64,000 nucleotides of DNA from Eledone cirrhosa (Eukaryota), in contig CAXHJY010000838.1 in assembly GCA_964016885.1 (NCBI GenBank), positions 1 to 64,000 on the forward strand, read 5' to 3'. Each line of letters opens with the position of its first letter. Within the stretch, counting starts at the first letter, position 1. The position numbers and the translations under genes are program-made. Under the pieces are notes generated by a model. It did not search any database and had not been told where the DNA came from. It was given only the letters and a program-made list of their open reading frames with translations. Positions 12,370 to 26,542 of the stretch are shown here, in pieces.

Positions 12370-12818
12370 GGATGTATGTGGATGTATATGTGTGTGTGGG
12401 ATATGTGTGTGTGTGGGATGTATGTGGATGTATATGTGTGTGTGGGATATGTGTGTGTGTGGGATGTATGTGGATGTATGTGGGATGTATGTGGATGTAC
12501 GTGTGTGTGTGGGATGTATGTGGATGTATGTGGGATGTATGTGGATGTATGTGTGTGTGTGGGATGTATGTGGATGTATGTGTGTGTGGGATATATGTAA
12601 GAGAGCGGAGAGACAGAAAGGAGAAAGGAAAGAAGAATAATGAAGAAAGAAAGAATTGGAGGCCAGCTGCATAGAACACAGTTTAATAAGAGAGAGTGGG
12701 AGGGAGTGTGGGAGCAGGGAGAAAGAGAGAGAGAGAGAGAGCAGGGAGAGGGGAGAGGGGATGAGAGAGAGAACAGGGAGTGTGAGAGAGAGAACAGAGA
12801 GAGAGAGAGAGAGAGAAC

Positions 12819-12853
<35 letters not shown>

Positions 12854-13400
12854 AGTGAGAGAGAGAGAACAGGGAGTGGGAATGAGAGAGAACAGGGAGT
12901 GGGAAGAGAGAGGAGAACAGGGAGTGGGAAGAGAGAGGAGGAGGTGGAAATGAGAGAGAGAGAGAGAAGGGAGAGGAATGAGAGAGAGCAGGGAGAGGGA
13001 ATGAGAGAGAGAGCAGGGAGTGGGAATGAGAGAGGAGGAGGTGGAAATGAGAGAGAGAGATAGAGAAGGGCGAGGAATGGGAGAGAAGCGAGAGGATTGA
13101 GTGAGAGAGATAGCAGAGAGAGAAAGGAGAGGGAATGAAAGAGAAAGGAGAGGGAATGAAAGAGAAAGGAAAGGGAATGAGAGAGAGAGAGCAGGGAGAG
13201 GGAATGAGAGAGAGAGAGCAGGGAGAGGGAATGAGAGAGAGAGAGCAGGGAGAGGGAATGAGAGAGAGAGAGCAGGGAGTGGGAATGAGAGAAAGGGAGA
13301 GGGAATCAGAGAGCAGGGAGAGGGAATCAGAGAGCAGGGAGAGGGAATCAGAGAGCAGAGAGAGAGAGTGAGAGCAGGAGGGGGAAATGAGAGTGTAGAA
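12222..13400. repeat. GGATGTATGT/TG minisatellite followed by GA-rich GAGAGCAGGGAGAGGGAAT minisatellite
   Basis: Direct observation. Confidence 0.9.
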
Positions 13401-14693
13401 ACTAATAAATGTTGGCCAAGAAGCAGAGAGAGGGACAGAGAAAAATAAAGAGAGTAATCAAATATGGGGGGAGAGAGACGGGGGAATAAAGAATTAGAGC
13501 AATGGAATATGGAGAGAGAGAGAGGGGGAGGGAGAGAGAGAGTGGAGAGATAGATTTTAAAAATAAAGAATTAGAGTAATGGAGGAAAAGAGTGAGAGAC
13601 AAAACGAGGTTGTTTAATTCTTAATATCTTGTAATATTTTAGTAAAAAAAATATTTAAAAACAGGCTTGTTAATTCAATGTTTGTAATATCTTTACTGGG
13701 GGAAAAAGAAAAGATACTAGATACATTTGCAGTATTAGTGCAGGTTTGTACTTTTCAAGGATGTCTTGCTAATGTGGTTTCGTGTGGTACAGGACGTTAA
13801 GAGTTAATGAGAGAAAGAGAGAAGCAGAGAGAGGGAGAGAGAGAGAGAACTGAAGATGGAAAGGTGGAATAAATGAGAGAAGAGAGAAGCTAAGAGATAC
13901 TGATATAAAAAGAGTGAGAGATAGTGGTGTGTAGAAGATAGAGAGAGAGACCAACAGACAGACATATAGAGACTGGGAAAAACAGAGAAGAAAAAATGGA
14001 GAAACTTAGGAAAGGGAACAAGAGAAGGGGAGGAGAGAGAATTAAAATGGCTGAACACTAATAGAAAAAGAAGGATTGAGGGCAAGCTGCAAGGTTGTTA
14101 TTGTTTAGCCCCAGGATAGAGATGATAGTATTTATTTATCTATCACTGTTTAGTCAAAGAGGAGAGAGCAATGCCCAAGACCCTTTTCAGAGCCTCCATG
14201 ATTGGCGGAAGGGCAGAAGAAAGGCATACTGAAACTAGAGATCTGACCTGAATGGTCACAACAGAGTAGGCTCTGCTAAAGACAGCCAAGGATTAAGTAG
14301 TGGTGTTAAACTGGATGGTGGATTAACTCTACCACTCAAGAAAGCAACAACGGAATTTGAACTCAGAATGCTTAAAGCTGGAACAGATAACAGAAGATAT
14401 TTTGTCCTACATCTTAACAATTCTGCCAATCCACCATCCTGGACTGGTATTGTATTTCATTGACCCTAAAAAAATGAGAAGCTAACTTGAAAAGCTATGA
14501 CCCTAAAAGATGGAAAGCTAAGATGATCTCAACAAGATTTGAACTCAGAATACACAAAGCTAGAACAGATATTGCAAGACACTCTAATGTCTGACACTCT
14601 AATGACTCTACTAGTTAACCAGACCTTTGATGAAAGAGATTCAAGCTATGACCATCCTATTTATTTTTTTGTATATAAGCAATAACATTTTCT

Positions 14694-14955
14694 AATGTTA
14701 TATTTAGGGAGAGTCATGTTGTCCTAATATTGCCAAAAATAGTAAAAAAACATTCAGTTTGGTTTGGTTTTCAATCCAGTTTCAGTATATATTTTTTTGT
14801 TTAAATAAATTAGCTGGCAATCCATGTTTATCACTGATTGACCAACAGTTAAAAATACAAATATAATTTTTGGCAATATTAGTACATGACCCTCCCCAAA
14901 TATAACAATATCAGTTTCAACACACGATTTCATATAAAAAACCTTGCAAAACAAA
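14694..14955 (+). mobile_element. Older copy of fold-back family D (same family as 41179-44014)
   Basis: TGTTATATTTAGGGAGAGTCATG..AATATTGCCAAAAAT inverted against TTTTTGGCAATATT..CATGACCCTCCCCAAATATAACA, then tail CACACGATTTCATATAAAAAACCTTGCAAAACAAA. Confidence 0.75.
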
Positions 14956-15018
14956 TTAACTAGTGAACCATTCTTGTTGTTCAGAGGATGTAATTTAAGA
15001 TGCAGCTACTATCTTTAA

Positions 15019-15239
15019 CCCTTCAGCACTTAAACTGGCCATATCCAGCCAGAATTCTCTCACCTCTTTCTGTTTAAATCAGCTGTAACTGGCCGTTTAT
15101 ACCTACATTAAAGTATTGTTCTCAAAATAAATAACATCAAAATCTCATAGATTTGATATTATGTGAGATAATTATGTAAGATAATGCCTTTACTGTGAAA
15201 ATACAATAGTATATATAGAGTAATGTAAATGCTAAAGGT
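15019..15239 (+). mobile_element. piggyBac-type MITE (~215 bp)
   Basis: TTAA flanks, CCCTTYAGCA..TA terminal inverted repeats; 11 copies in the window. Confidence 0.85.
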
Positions 15240-16238
15240 TTAACAAATTTATCAACCAGATAGAGAGTCCCTTCTTGGCTTATAATTTTAAAGTAAAAAG
15301 GTAAACAGTTGATGACCACATAGTTTTAGGGTTCAATACCACAGTATGACACTTTAAGCATGTGTTTTCTACTGTAATCTTGGGTTGACCAATGCCTTAT
15401 GAGAGGTCTTTGTTAGACTATGTGGAAGATTGTCATGTGTGTGCGTGTCTTTCATCAATTTATATACACCTTGAATATAAACATAGTTGAGAGAAAAGAA
15501 AAACAAAACACACACTCACTCACTGACAATGGTGCTTTACAAAGTTCCTTGCATCAAGCTTGGCACTTCCTTGTCATTTTTCACTGTCAGAAATGTAACA
15601 AGCCAGTGACTGACCTGTTACCAATCTGTAACCAATTATGCTATTGCGCAAAAACTGTGATAGAAAATACAAATAAATTATCCAGAACAAAACTAAATCT
15701 ATGTCAGCATATTAGTGTATTTCTAAATAGTTACATCAACACCTAGAAATGTTCATATTTTCTGTAAGTAAATTTCTTACAGAATGGTTATTTTAGTATA
15801 TGCAACTTTGCTATTTTCATGTATTCAGAAATCCTTCATAAATTTAGAAGTACATTTTAGATAAAACTTTGCATGTTACAGTGTATTCCTAACTATATAC
15901 TGGCATTCCATGGTCAAGTGATTCAGTTATGATGTTTATCAGTGGGGGCAGTGATGCAATCAGCTTTCAATCATAACATTTGAATGCCTGTGTATCTGAG
16001 TTTTGTCAAGTTCAGGAGTTCAGTGTGACATATTTACTGCTCAGGTGTGGTTTTCATGCAGAATGAAGAGCATTACCTAAAGTAATTTAACTGAAGATTG
16101 CTTCTAGTGAGAAACTTCTAGTAGTAATGTTATGTGGAATCTCTCATCCAGAAGTATATATTAATTCAATACAGTATTAAGTACTCTTTCCTTTGTTTCT
16201 AATAGAATATAATATAATACTATATATATATATATATA

Positions 16239-16343
16239 TAACAAAGAGGGTGTGGTAAGATACCAGGTGGACCATAACGCACCAGAGTACTCAATACTCG
16301 AAATAGCCGGAGCTCAGCCATCGGGGTCCTGACTCTTTTCCTA
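16239..16343. mobile_element. Family C fragment: inverted tail joined to the 3' half of the hammerhead
   Basis: Reverse complement of 8930-8990 followed by GAAATAGCCGGAGCTCAGCCATCGGGGTCC. Confidence 0.7.
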
Positions 16344-16365
16344 TATATATATATTATTATTTATA

Positions 16366-16397
<32 letters not shown>

Positions 16398-16399
16398 AA

Positions 16400-16606
16400 T
16401 AAACGTGAAGGCTAAAATCCAAAGAGGGCTCGATAAGGATAAATATATATCAAATATATAAGAACCCTAGAGCAAATATTTATTAAAATAACAGATTAAA
16501 GTTTAAGCAAAGAATCACTGCTTTCACCCTTAACGGGATCTTCTGAAGATCCCGTTAAGGGTGAAAGCAGCAATTCTTTGTTTAAACTTTAATCTGTTAT
16601 TTTAAT
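16400..16606. mobile_element. Fold-back element E: palindrome 16482-16606 centred on a hammerhead-like core
   Basis: ~62-bp arms; CTGAAGA-T-CCC-gttaa-GGG-T-GAAA at 16543-16566; symmetry axis at 16544. Confidence 0.6.
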
Positions 16607-17230
16607 GAGGAATCAGATGTTGTTTACTCGAGAGAAGACTACGTTGGTACGGTCACGTGATGCGCATGAAAGACAAAAGCTGTATAAAGAAGTGCAGGGC
16701 GATAAAAATAGACGGTAGCCACGGAGTAGGCAGACCCAGAAAAACCTGGGACGACTTGATAAATTCCGACCTCACACACTTACACCTCTCCAAGACAATG
16801 TCACTGGACTGAGATCTTTGGCGCTACACAGTAATACAGAAGACCCGCCTTGCCTAAGTACAAAGCGAAACCTACAGTCAGTAGGCACCTCTAACAAAAT
16901 ACACCCCCGTCCCACTACCCCCACCCCATACACCACCCCTTTCAATGTAAAGTATGTTGGTACCACAACATCCAGTCCAAAATAAATGAGGTTGTGTAGG
17001 TGTCACGAAAAAAACACACAGTCCACGCTGTAATGTGGCCGTGTAGGTAACACAGTAAAAACCTCCCAGTCCCACACTGTAAACGTGGTTGGCGTTAGGA
17101 AGGGCATCCAGCCGTAGAAAACCCGCCAGATAGTCCTACATGAGCAAGACAACCAATCTTGCCTCAAGTGGGAAAACTCCCGTCCAAACCCATGCAAGTG
17201 TGGAAGATGGACGTTAAACGATGATGATGA
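16607..17230 (+). mobile_element. 5'-truncated RTE LINE (ORF C-terminus plus 3' UTR), decayed
   Basis: Translates RGIRCCLLERRLRWYGHVMRMKDKSCIKKC...GRPRKTW with an internal stop; GTTAGGAAGGGCATCCAGC UTR motif; (GAT)n tail. Confidence 0.92.
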
Positions 17231-17237
17231 TATATAT

Positions 17238-17368
17238 AAGTTTATCTCGGGTTCAATCGGGGGTAACCACAGTAAGTAAGGTACTCAATACATAGCAGAG
17301 TATAAATATTTAATATAGAAATGCTTCTACAGGACTAGAACTGTTTCATTCTTCCTGTAGAAGCCATT
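17238..17368 (-). mobile_element. Family F fragment (second copy 45126-45240) ending at a GAAAC...GTC half-hammerhead-like motif
   Basis: The two copies are nearly identical over ~115 bp; the minus strand reads GAAACAGTTCTAGTCCTG; short inverted copy at 17354-17368. Confidence 0.55.
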
Positions 17369-17814
17369 CTCTCTCTCTCTCTCTCTCGAGAAAGAGAGAG
17401 AGCGAGAGTGAAAGAGAGAGAGGGAGGGGGAGATGGATGGATAAATGTCTTAGAATATTTGTTAACCCAGTAAAAACAAAGACAATTTATATCCACTTCT
17501 GCGTATCCAACACAGATTTCAAAACACTAGGCAAATATGTTCAAACTAATCAACATCGTTTAATCATTTAGCAGTTGACTTTTTCAAGGTCATATAAGTA
17601 TAGAAATCCCAGAAAAAGATTTTAGTCATTCCTATGGTGTCAGTTCCAGCTATGATTCATTATAACATTCTTATGAGTTGTCATAAGTTTATTTTATTTA
17701 TTTATTTATTTTTATTTTTTAATGAGGCAATGATCAGTATATTAATAAAAGCAATATAAGCCTTGGCTAAAATGTCTTTGAACAACTTGGTGACTTTCTA
17801 CACCATCACTTTAA

Positions 17815-18025
17815 CCCTTTAGCATTTAAACCAGCCATATCCGGCTAGAATTCTCTCACCTCTTTCTGTTCAAACCGGCTGTAACTGGTCACTTATGTTA
17901 AGGTATTGTTCTCAAAATAAATAATATCAAAATCTCATAGATTCAATATAATGTGAGATATTATGAGATAAAGCCTTTACAGCAAAAATGCAACGTATAT
18001 ATAGAGAAATGTAAATGCTAAAGGG
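17815..18025 (+). mobile_element. piggyBac-type MITE
   Basis: TTAA|CCCTTTAGCATTTA...TAAATGCTAAAGGG|TTAA perfect ends. Confidence 0.92.
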
Positions 18026-18907
18026 TTAAAGTTTTAAAGTAGAAGCTCTTCTGTCGTTGTACAACTACTATGTTGTAAATATTTTATATTTCCCCTACAA
18101 TATTTATTATTCCATTAAATATTTCCTATTTTATTGAGGTCCTGTTTCCTTAAAAAGTCTTCTATTTACTTCCTTAATAAATTAATATTTATATTCATCA
18201 CTTGTTTATTACAATTAACAATGATTTACATCATATGGCTTTCATCAAATTAATTTCAACCTTCTCTCTTAAAAAATATCTTGTTTACCATATCAACACT
18301 AAAATCCCTCAAGATTTGTTTTACAGCAGGCTCTTTAATTCTAATTTGTTATTTCAGCCTAAGATATATTTTAGCTGTACGTTCATTAGTTTAGCAAAGA
18401 TAACAGATTTTTATCAAAATAACTCAATTCTAAGTTTTGTTTGTAAATCTTAAAATAAAAATTGTTAGGAGGTCATATAAACATATTTATATAATTTTAT
18501 ATTTTAAGATATTGCAGAAGCAAAGTGAATAAAATGTCAGGCTCAAAGCTGAAAAGTTTGTGAGTTGATATTACATTAAGTGTTTCTATTTGATGCTCCC
18601 TGCAATAAATATACTGACACTAACTTAACTTATATTATGTGGCATAAAATACCCTCTGATATGCTTGGTAAACATAGAGTGAATGAATCACCATTAGAGC
18701 AACAAACTGTCTATATACAGCTGAGTGGTTTGGAGATAATCTCACATATAACTAAAATTATAGTCTGATTCACTGACTTCTAGCTTACAAACCACACACA
18801 ACTAGTTATATATCGTCAGTAAAAGACTTCCTTATGATATAGCTAAACTTTAACTAAAATAGGTTTATTTAACTTTTTTCAGGTATTATAAAATAGTTTT
18901 CCTTTAA

Positions 18908-19106
18908 CGCTTTAACATTTACATTACTATTACATTTTCATGGTAAAGGCTTTATTTCACATAATATGGAATCTACGAGATTTCGATGATGTTATTATTT
19001 TGAGAACAATACCTTAACGTCAGTATCAGTAGCCGATTATGGCCGGTTTGAACAGAAAGAGGGGATAGAATTCTGGCCAGATATGGCCGGTTTAAATGCT
19101 AAAGGG
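18908..19106 (-). mobile_element. piggyBac-type MITE, opposite orientation
   Basis: TTAA flanks; internal GGCCGGTTT repeated at 19041 and 19085. Confidence 0.88.
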
Positions 19107-19672
19107 TTAAGAGACAGTCTTAGTTTCTTCAATAAATGTTCATGTCCATAACACCAACATTAACGTTATCTCATCTCTCTTTTCATACTAGCTATATACA
19201 TAAGTCCTTTCTACATTCTTTTATACTCAGCAACTTAAAGTCAAAATATATCCATTCAACCTTTAAAGCAATTAACAATGGTGCTGATATATAAATCCTT
19301 TATTTTTGCTCCCTGACACACTTTTTAAGTCCCAATTCTCATTAATGGGATTACTTAATATATATCTAGGACATCAGTAACAGATACTAAAAATGGCTTC
19401 TTTTTTATTATTATTTCTTAGTCAAACAAGGAAAGATAATGCCCATGGGTCTTTTCAGGGTCTCCAAGATTAATGGAAGGAAAGGAAGGTGATATTCTCA
19501 AACTCGGGACCTGGATTGATAGTCTGAAACAGTGTAGGTCTGAGGACCAAGTGGAGGAGTTAAATATGGTCTACCACTCATGAACAGTAATATATCTTCT
19601 GACCAACTTCCTTACATTATTTGTCAGTCCTGTGAGGGACTCTCAACATTCTATTATTACTAGATTGGTAAA

Positions 19673-19960
19673 GGGTGGTGGATTGGCAGTATCGGTAGAG
19701 GGTTGGACACCATGCTTTGAAGCATAGAGTTACCTCCCTTCATGATCTGAGTTCAAATCCTGCCGAGGTTAACTTTGCCTTTCAGTATCAGTAAAGCATC
19801 AAACACCATGCTTTGCAGCATAGGGTTATGGCCCTTTACGTTCTGAGTTCAAATCATGTCGAGGTTAACTTTGCCTGTCATCCTTAGAGGGTTGATAAAA
19901 TAAAGTACCAGTAATGCACTGGGATAATTGCTGGCCATGTGCCAAAAGTAGAAACAATTA
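19673..19960 (+). mobile_element. Meta-core-like SINE with a partial tandem duplication of its 5' half
   Basis: TGGCAGTATCGG A box, GAGTTCAAATC B box twice, core and tail. Confidence 0.85.
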
Positions 19961-19988
19961 TTACTAACAAATTCTAAATCCTTTTTAA

Positions 19989-20196
19989 CCCTTTAGCATT
20001 TAAACCGTCCATATTCGGCCAGAATTCTCTCAGCTCTTTCTGTTCAAACCAGCTGTAACCAGTCACTCATACTGATGTTAAGGTATTGTTCTCAAAATAA
20101 ATATCAAAATCTCATAGATTCGATATTATGTGAGATAATTATGTGAGGTAAAGCCTTTACCACGAAAACATAATAGTATATATAGAGTAATGTAAA
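19989..20196 (+). mobile_element. piggyBac-type MITE, right end truncated
   Basis: Intact TTAACCCTTTAGCATTTA left end and family body. Confidence 0.85.
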
Positions 20197-20984
20197 ACAA
20201 TGCCTTTTTCCATTTTCAAAATTAGTCCATCTATCATAATATTGGATTGAAGCTTAATTTTAATCCAAGTAAACTGAGGTAAATAACGTCATATATTTTA
20301 CTGCTCAAGGACACAGCAAACCATACAGTTAGAACTTGTAACTTATGAGTTATAGGCCTACTTTTAACAACTTAGTTACAATGGTGTATTGATTAGAGTT
20401 TATAGCTGAGTGAAAAGACTGCCATAAAACTGTTTGGGAATTAATACAGGCTGTCCCAAAAGCATGTATACACACTTTGATTACTCGTACAGGCAATATT
20501 CATTAGAATGGTATATACATTTTTGGGGAACATTCTATATATGTATACAATTGTTGCTATTTTTTCTCTTTTTTTTTGTGTTATATCATGTGTTGATTAA
20601 TCTAGATATATTTATTCATGTATTTGCTTTTTCCACTGTTCGAGAGAGTTGTTGGTTGGTAAGCAAAAATAAATCAAATAAGAAAAAAACTTCAGTGTCA
20701 TATGAAATAAAACAAAATAGAAGCCTGAAAAATTAAATATTATTCTAACATAACTATAGCTTTTATTAGAACTGATAAGGATAAACTGGCTAATCAAATG
20801 TTTGTATAACTATCTGCTAGATATATTTTCATATTTCTTGCTAAAAGGTCAGCCTGATGACCTTAAAGGAAACCTACTTAAAGGTAAGAAATCATTATTT
20901 TATGGCATTAAATTCAGGGAGTTGTCATTAATAAAAGAAACAAAATAAAGTAATCCTTCTCAAAAATAAATAGATGGATAAATA

Positions 20985-21432
20985 AATAATTGTTTCTACT
21001 TTTGGCACAAGGCCAACAATTAACCCAGTGTATTACTGGTACTTTATTTTATCCACCCTGTAAGGATGAAAGGCAAAGTTAACCTCGGCGGGATTTGAAC
21101 TCAAGCCATAAAGGGCCATAACTCTTTACTGCAAAGCATGGCGTCCGACCCTCTACCGATACTGGGAATCCACCATCCATAGATGGATAAATAATGAGGA
21201 TAAGGATGATAATGATAATAATGGTTTCTGATTTAAGCACAAGGCCAGTAATTTTAGGGTAGAAGTAAGTCGATTAAATCGACCTCAGTGCATTACTGGT
21301 ACTTTATTATATCGACCCTGTTAGGATGAAAAGCAAAGCTAACTCTGGCGGGATTTGAACTCAGAAAGTAAAGGACCATAACTCTATGCTGCAAAGCATG
21401 TTGTCCAACAATCTACCAATACTGTGAATCGA
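20985..21432 (-). mobile_element. Two adjacent Meta-core-like SINE copies (20985-21180 and 21220-21432)
   Basis: Reverse complements of the SINE at 26543-26730. Confidence 0.85.
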
Positions 21433-22321
21433 CCTGATGATGATGAAAAATCAAGTAACATCAATATTAATACATATACACACACATATTTAAAGTTATA
21501 TCACTCAGGTGTTTTTTTTTTGGGGGGGGGGGGGTTCAACATTGGAAAGGATAAAAACTGCACAAAAATTAATAAAAAAAAAAACTGGAACAAGAATTAT
21601 CACCATCATCGTTTTTACATCTATTTTTTTCCATTCTTATATATGTTGGACTAATGCAATACTGTTTCCAGTAATATTTGTTAGCAGAAAACTATGTAAA
21701 AGACATCAAAATAAATGTGCAGAAACATTTGCTATTTTTTCCTAAGCAAATATACATTAGAGGCAGCAAGAGAGAAACGGAGAGAAGAGGTGTGAGGAAA
21801 GAGAGAGGAGTAGATGGTTTCTAAGTTATAAACAATTAATAAATATATTTTTATAGTTTGATAATTTAAGAATTATATTAGACTTTAATAGACCATGTGA
21901 AAACTAAGATATTTCCAGTTTGGCTGCTATTTCAAAAATATTTTAAAAGACTGGTAATATTTATAGATATTGCATATTAATAGCTATTTTATATTAATAT
22001 ATTAGCAGAACAGCATTTTGTTTTCCTATTTAACATAGATTAAATAAGGCATGTCTCATTTAGAGAGCTGTACAATATATAAATAAAACAGTTGGACAGA
22101 AATGAGATTTCCAAATGTTTATGATAACGTGCAGAAAGTGTCAAATAATAATACTTCTTTGCATTAATTCTTAGAAATTTAGTTCAGACACTTAGAAGGT
22201 TTGTAATGTTTTCTTTTGTTAAATAGGGATTTAAAGAAAACATCAAACACATTTAACTGCAACCCTTCAATTCCAGTGGGGACTTTAACCATTTTGGGGC
22301 CAATACCGTCATCTTACTGCT

Positions 22322-22365
<44 letters not shown>

Positions 22366-22373
22366 ATACATAT

Positions 22374-22405
<32 letters not shown>

Positions 22406-22508
22406 TCAAAAAGTTACACCAGCCCTCATATTTACCAGTTGTGTCAAGGCAACAACCACATGGTACATAGTAATGTAGTTTGTACTACAGCCTACATCTA
22501 CAACAATA

Positions 22509-22556
<48 letters not shown>

Positions 22557-23777
22557 TTATATATATATTTATAACTATATGATTGTTAAGACAAAAGGCA
22601 TCTCAATTACAAAGAAAATAGTACTATGCAGTAAAATGTAGCAGAAGTTTAGAAACAAAATGCCTGCAGCCGAGTAACATGTACCATCATCATCATTATG
22701 AATGACAACAATCTTTAGTAGTTGTATTAAGGGCTGCATAAACAGCAGTTAGATAGATTAATCCATAAAAAAAAAAAATCAATAGTGATTTAGATTGCAC
22801 CAGCAGTATAGGTCACTAAGTCTAGAGTAGCAATACTTTAATAAATGTGTACTTGTCCATGTACAAAGAAAGCTAACTAGTGCTATGTAGAGGGGGGCGG
22901 GGCAGAGAAAAATATAAATCTCTATAGTACTGGTTAGCAACAAGGAATCCATAGAAAAGATGAGATGAGGCACCACACAGCTAGCACCAACGAAGAAAAA
23001 GACATGAGAAATAATAATCAATAGTTATGACAAAGAACAAAAAAAAAAAAATGTGCAGAAGAATCAATGGTTCTTTGATATTCCTTTGAGAGTTAGTACT
23101 CGCAAGAGGATCTGACTAGTCTTACAAGCAGGACATAGGGTCGGTAGCTTTACAATTATCATAAACAATAACTACAAGAAAGGTAATGCTATTTCTGTTT
23201 TCCCCAAAGAATGCAATGCAAAGCCTGTGGCAAACCATCACATTTCTCTCAATTTTGGCAACTGTCTCTTGGATATTTGGATATAGAAAGACAGAGGAGA
23301 TGAGGAATAACTTGAGTAACTTGAAAAAATCAACAATCAATTCATAAAAGAATATCTGTGTGTGGTTCTTGAAGAGTTCTGACCCCCCCCCCCCCTCTAT
23401 TATTTTTTTCTTCAATTCTCTTCTTTCATTTGCTTTTCTATTTTAGTAGGTGTGGGTTGAAAGGTTCAGCAAACTGAATCGTTTAATTACAAGAAAGTCA
23501 TATCATCAAATGTAGATCCACGAAAAGTACTAAATCTGTAGACATTATATAATGCTTCAGTGCATTTTACAAATAAAAAAAGTAAGTACAAAACACATTT
23601 CATAATAGAAATATCAGGATACAGAGAATGGAAAGATAGAGCAATACCATAAAAATTACCAAATCCAAATGACAAATTCTAGGAAGCATCTAGTAGCTAC
23701 TTTGTTATGTTGTTTCAGAAAAGATAACTAGATGAAAAAATCATGAAAAGTATTGCTATGTAACCAGTTTTATATTA

Positions 23778-23995
23778 TTTAGCAATTAAACTGGATGTAT
23801 CCGGCCAGAATTCTCTCACCTCTTTCCGTTCAAACCAATTATAACTGACCCCTCACACCAACGTTAAGGCATTGTTCTCAAAATAAATAATATTAAAATC
23901 TCATAGATTCGATATTATATGAGATAATTATGTGAAATAAGGCTTTTATCATGAAAATATAATAGTAAATATAGAGTAATGTAAATGGTAAAGGG
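23778..23995 (+). mobile_element. piggyBac-type MITE, decayed ends
   Basis: Family body sequence. Confidence 0.8.
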
Positions 23996-24799
23996 TTTAT
24001 ACAAATTGTCAGGAGTTAGATATTGTCAATTTAACTGATCATAGTAATATTATTTTATCAACTCTAAAGTTGACATCTCAAGGAATTGAACCGTGTATAC
24101 CACAAGAATCTAGCTAATCATTTTACTATTTCCAAGAACCAACATCTTTAAAATTTCTAAAGAATTAAATTTTATTTCAAATTAAAATAAAAAATAAAAA
24201 AAACTCTTTTTATAGAAGATATTGATCCTTTTTATATAGTCTTTAAGTACCATCTGATTATATTTATAAAGGGACAGAATACTATCAGATTTATTATTAT
24301 AATGTTAAATTCTTATTCAAACAAAGTTTGGTTGTGAAGAGCAAATAATGTATTTGTCAAAGAAATTTGTCAGCTTCTAATGTGTTAAATAAAATTAATA
24401 GCAGAGATTAGCATAACTGGTCTGAGGCAGATTACTGTGTTGTACAAATAAATCACGGGAAGACACATTTGGGTAAACTCTTATTACCTTCTATAGGAAG
24501 ACAAGAAACCTAAAATTTCCAAAGATATTCTTCCAAAGATGTAGAGGATGTGATATAGATATCCATTTGAAGTGTATAAATGGATACTATTAGGAATTAA
24601 CACTTAGCTTATTAGTAAATATTTATTATCCTAGGCCTGTCCACTTGTGGTTGTATGACTGCCTCAAACGTTTAGTAAAACATGGTTTATGCCAGCAAGT
24701 CATACTCAATCACAAGTGATTGCTATAGTTACTACTCTGTGGTATTTTCCTGTAATATTGTAGGTAGACTATTGAAGATTAAATTAATACTAAGAATCT

Positions 24800-25149
24800 T
24801 TTAGTATTAATGTACGTGAACGACCAAGCATAGACGAGTTGAGAGAGAAACTGTGTGTAAGAGGGATGAACTGTAGTGTCCGGGAGAGAAGACTGCATTG
24901 GTATGGACATGTGATGCGCATGGAGGATGACCACTGGGTAAAGAAGTGCCAAGAAATCCCAGTGGAAGGAACATCCAGTAGAAGAAGACCACGAAAATCA
25001 TGGGCGGAGGTGGTGAGAGCTGACCTCAGATCGCTGAAACTCACAGAGGAAATGACGAAGGACCATGACGAATGGAGAGATGCTGTGCTGAAAAGGACAT
25101 ATCCCACCCTTGCAAGCAAGGAAAAGCAGACATAAAATGATGATGATGA
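24800..25149 (+). mobile_element. RTE LINE 3' fragment, different subfamily with a very short UTR
   Basis: ORF 24839-25135 ERRLHWYGHVMRM...RRRPRKSW is homologous to the C-terminus of 41723-43348; (GAT)n tail. Confidence 0.88.
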
Positions 25150-25450
25150 ATCTTTTAATGTGGCACCAAGAACAAATGAAACATTTATCAGTTATACAGT
25201 GCACTTACAGTTTACAGTGATGAATTGTGACTATCCATGATACCTATTTATAGTGAAGATAGACTGAGTTAGCATAAGTTTAATGTGTGTCTGGGACATA
25301 GATTAACACTAACAAAATGTTGCAATCCAGTGACCAGTTGGTTGACGCCTTAATTTTTCAGCTGTCAGTGACTCACTGTAAGGGAGATCTGTCATAAATA
25401 TAACAGCCTCTTCTTCAATAAAATATTTAATAAAAATCCCACTTTAATAA

Positions 25451-25488
<38 letters not shown>

Positions 25489-26246
25489 TACACACATATA
25501 TATATATAATGTAAACATGGTTTGATATTAGAGCTGCAATTATTGAGGGGATGGGGGAAGAAGTATCCTTAGTTTCTATAATAACATTGGCGCTCAGCTG
25601 TGTTTCGGGTAAGACATTAAACTATTTCTTTGCGCTTATAAAGCAGCAGAGAAGGTCAGAATAGGAAAAGAATGGCCTGATGTTAGCATGATAAATTAAA
25701 TGAAAACTAGACTTGTGGTCTCTTGTGTTAAGCATAGACCTTCATATATGGTCTATATGTAATATTATACAATACATAATGTTCATGTTTCACAGAATAA
25801 CTGTAATTTATGTATATAAACTTAAGGTCAAGGTTAAAACTTGTGCAAAATGATGATGGACCTGTCAGTTTTCAGCTGTTCAATCAACAGAGCAGCCTAC
25901 TCATGAATTGAACATGTCAGTGCCTGAGCATTCTATAAACATGTGTACCCTTAAAATTATTTTCAGGGAGAATCAATTTGACACAATATGTAACAAGGCT
26001 GGTCCTTTGAATTACAGGTACAATCCAGTTGTCAGGCTTCCAGACTGATGCCTTTTCCTTTTACCCAATTTCACTCACAAGCCATAGGTTGAGAAGCCAT
26101 AGGTTGACCCAAGTGCATGGTAAATGGTACTTACTTAAAATGCCATGCAGTGGAATTGAACCTAGGACCTAATGATTGTGAAGCAAACGTCTTCACTATT
26201 CAGCTGTGCTGTGTCCCAATATATTATATAATCACATTCTGTTTTG

Positions 26247-26526
26247 ATGTGGAAAGTGATATCAGGCTAAACAATGCAAAATGGATGGTAAGATGAAGGT
26301 AACGAAAAGGTAAGTTACCTGATAATATTTGTTTTGCTTTGTTTTTTGTTGTTGCTGTTGTTTATTTTGTCCTAATATTTTTTGAAGGGAATTTTAAGTC
26401 CCGAAATATTAGAACGGAAGAAACAACAGCTACAACAAAAAACAAAGATTACCAGGTAACTTATTTTTACATTACCTTCATCTTACCATCCAGTTTACAT
26501 TATTTAGCCTTATATCATTTCCACAT
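26247..26526. mobile_element. Decayed fold-back element G (~130-bp arms)
   Basis: ATGTGGAAA..GGATGGTAAGATGAAGGTAA..AAGTTACCTG inverted against CAGGTAACTT..TTACCTTCATCTTACCATCC..TTTCCACAT; centre GGGA-loop-TCCC-GAAA-TAT-TA. Confidence 0.65.
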
Positions 26527-26542
26527 TATATATTATATACAA

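Noticed and set aside
13761-13800. CLANVVSCG (also at 61289) resembling CLSHATSCG of the candidate peptide
   Set aside because: The frames are tiny, have no signal peptide and stop immediately; differences between the two copies look like neutral transitions
16085-16135. CTGAAGA...GAAACT..AGTA hammerhead-like string
   Set aside because: Stem II is mostly wobble pairs and stem I is absent
20848-20892. CTGATGA...GAAA-CCT..AGG-TA hammerhead-like string, or a 36-nt micro-exon
   Set aside because: No stem I pairing and a marginal stem II; weak acceptor and no partner exons
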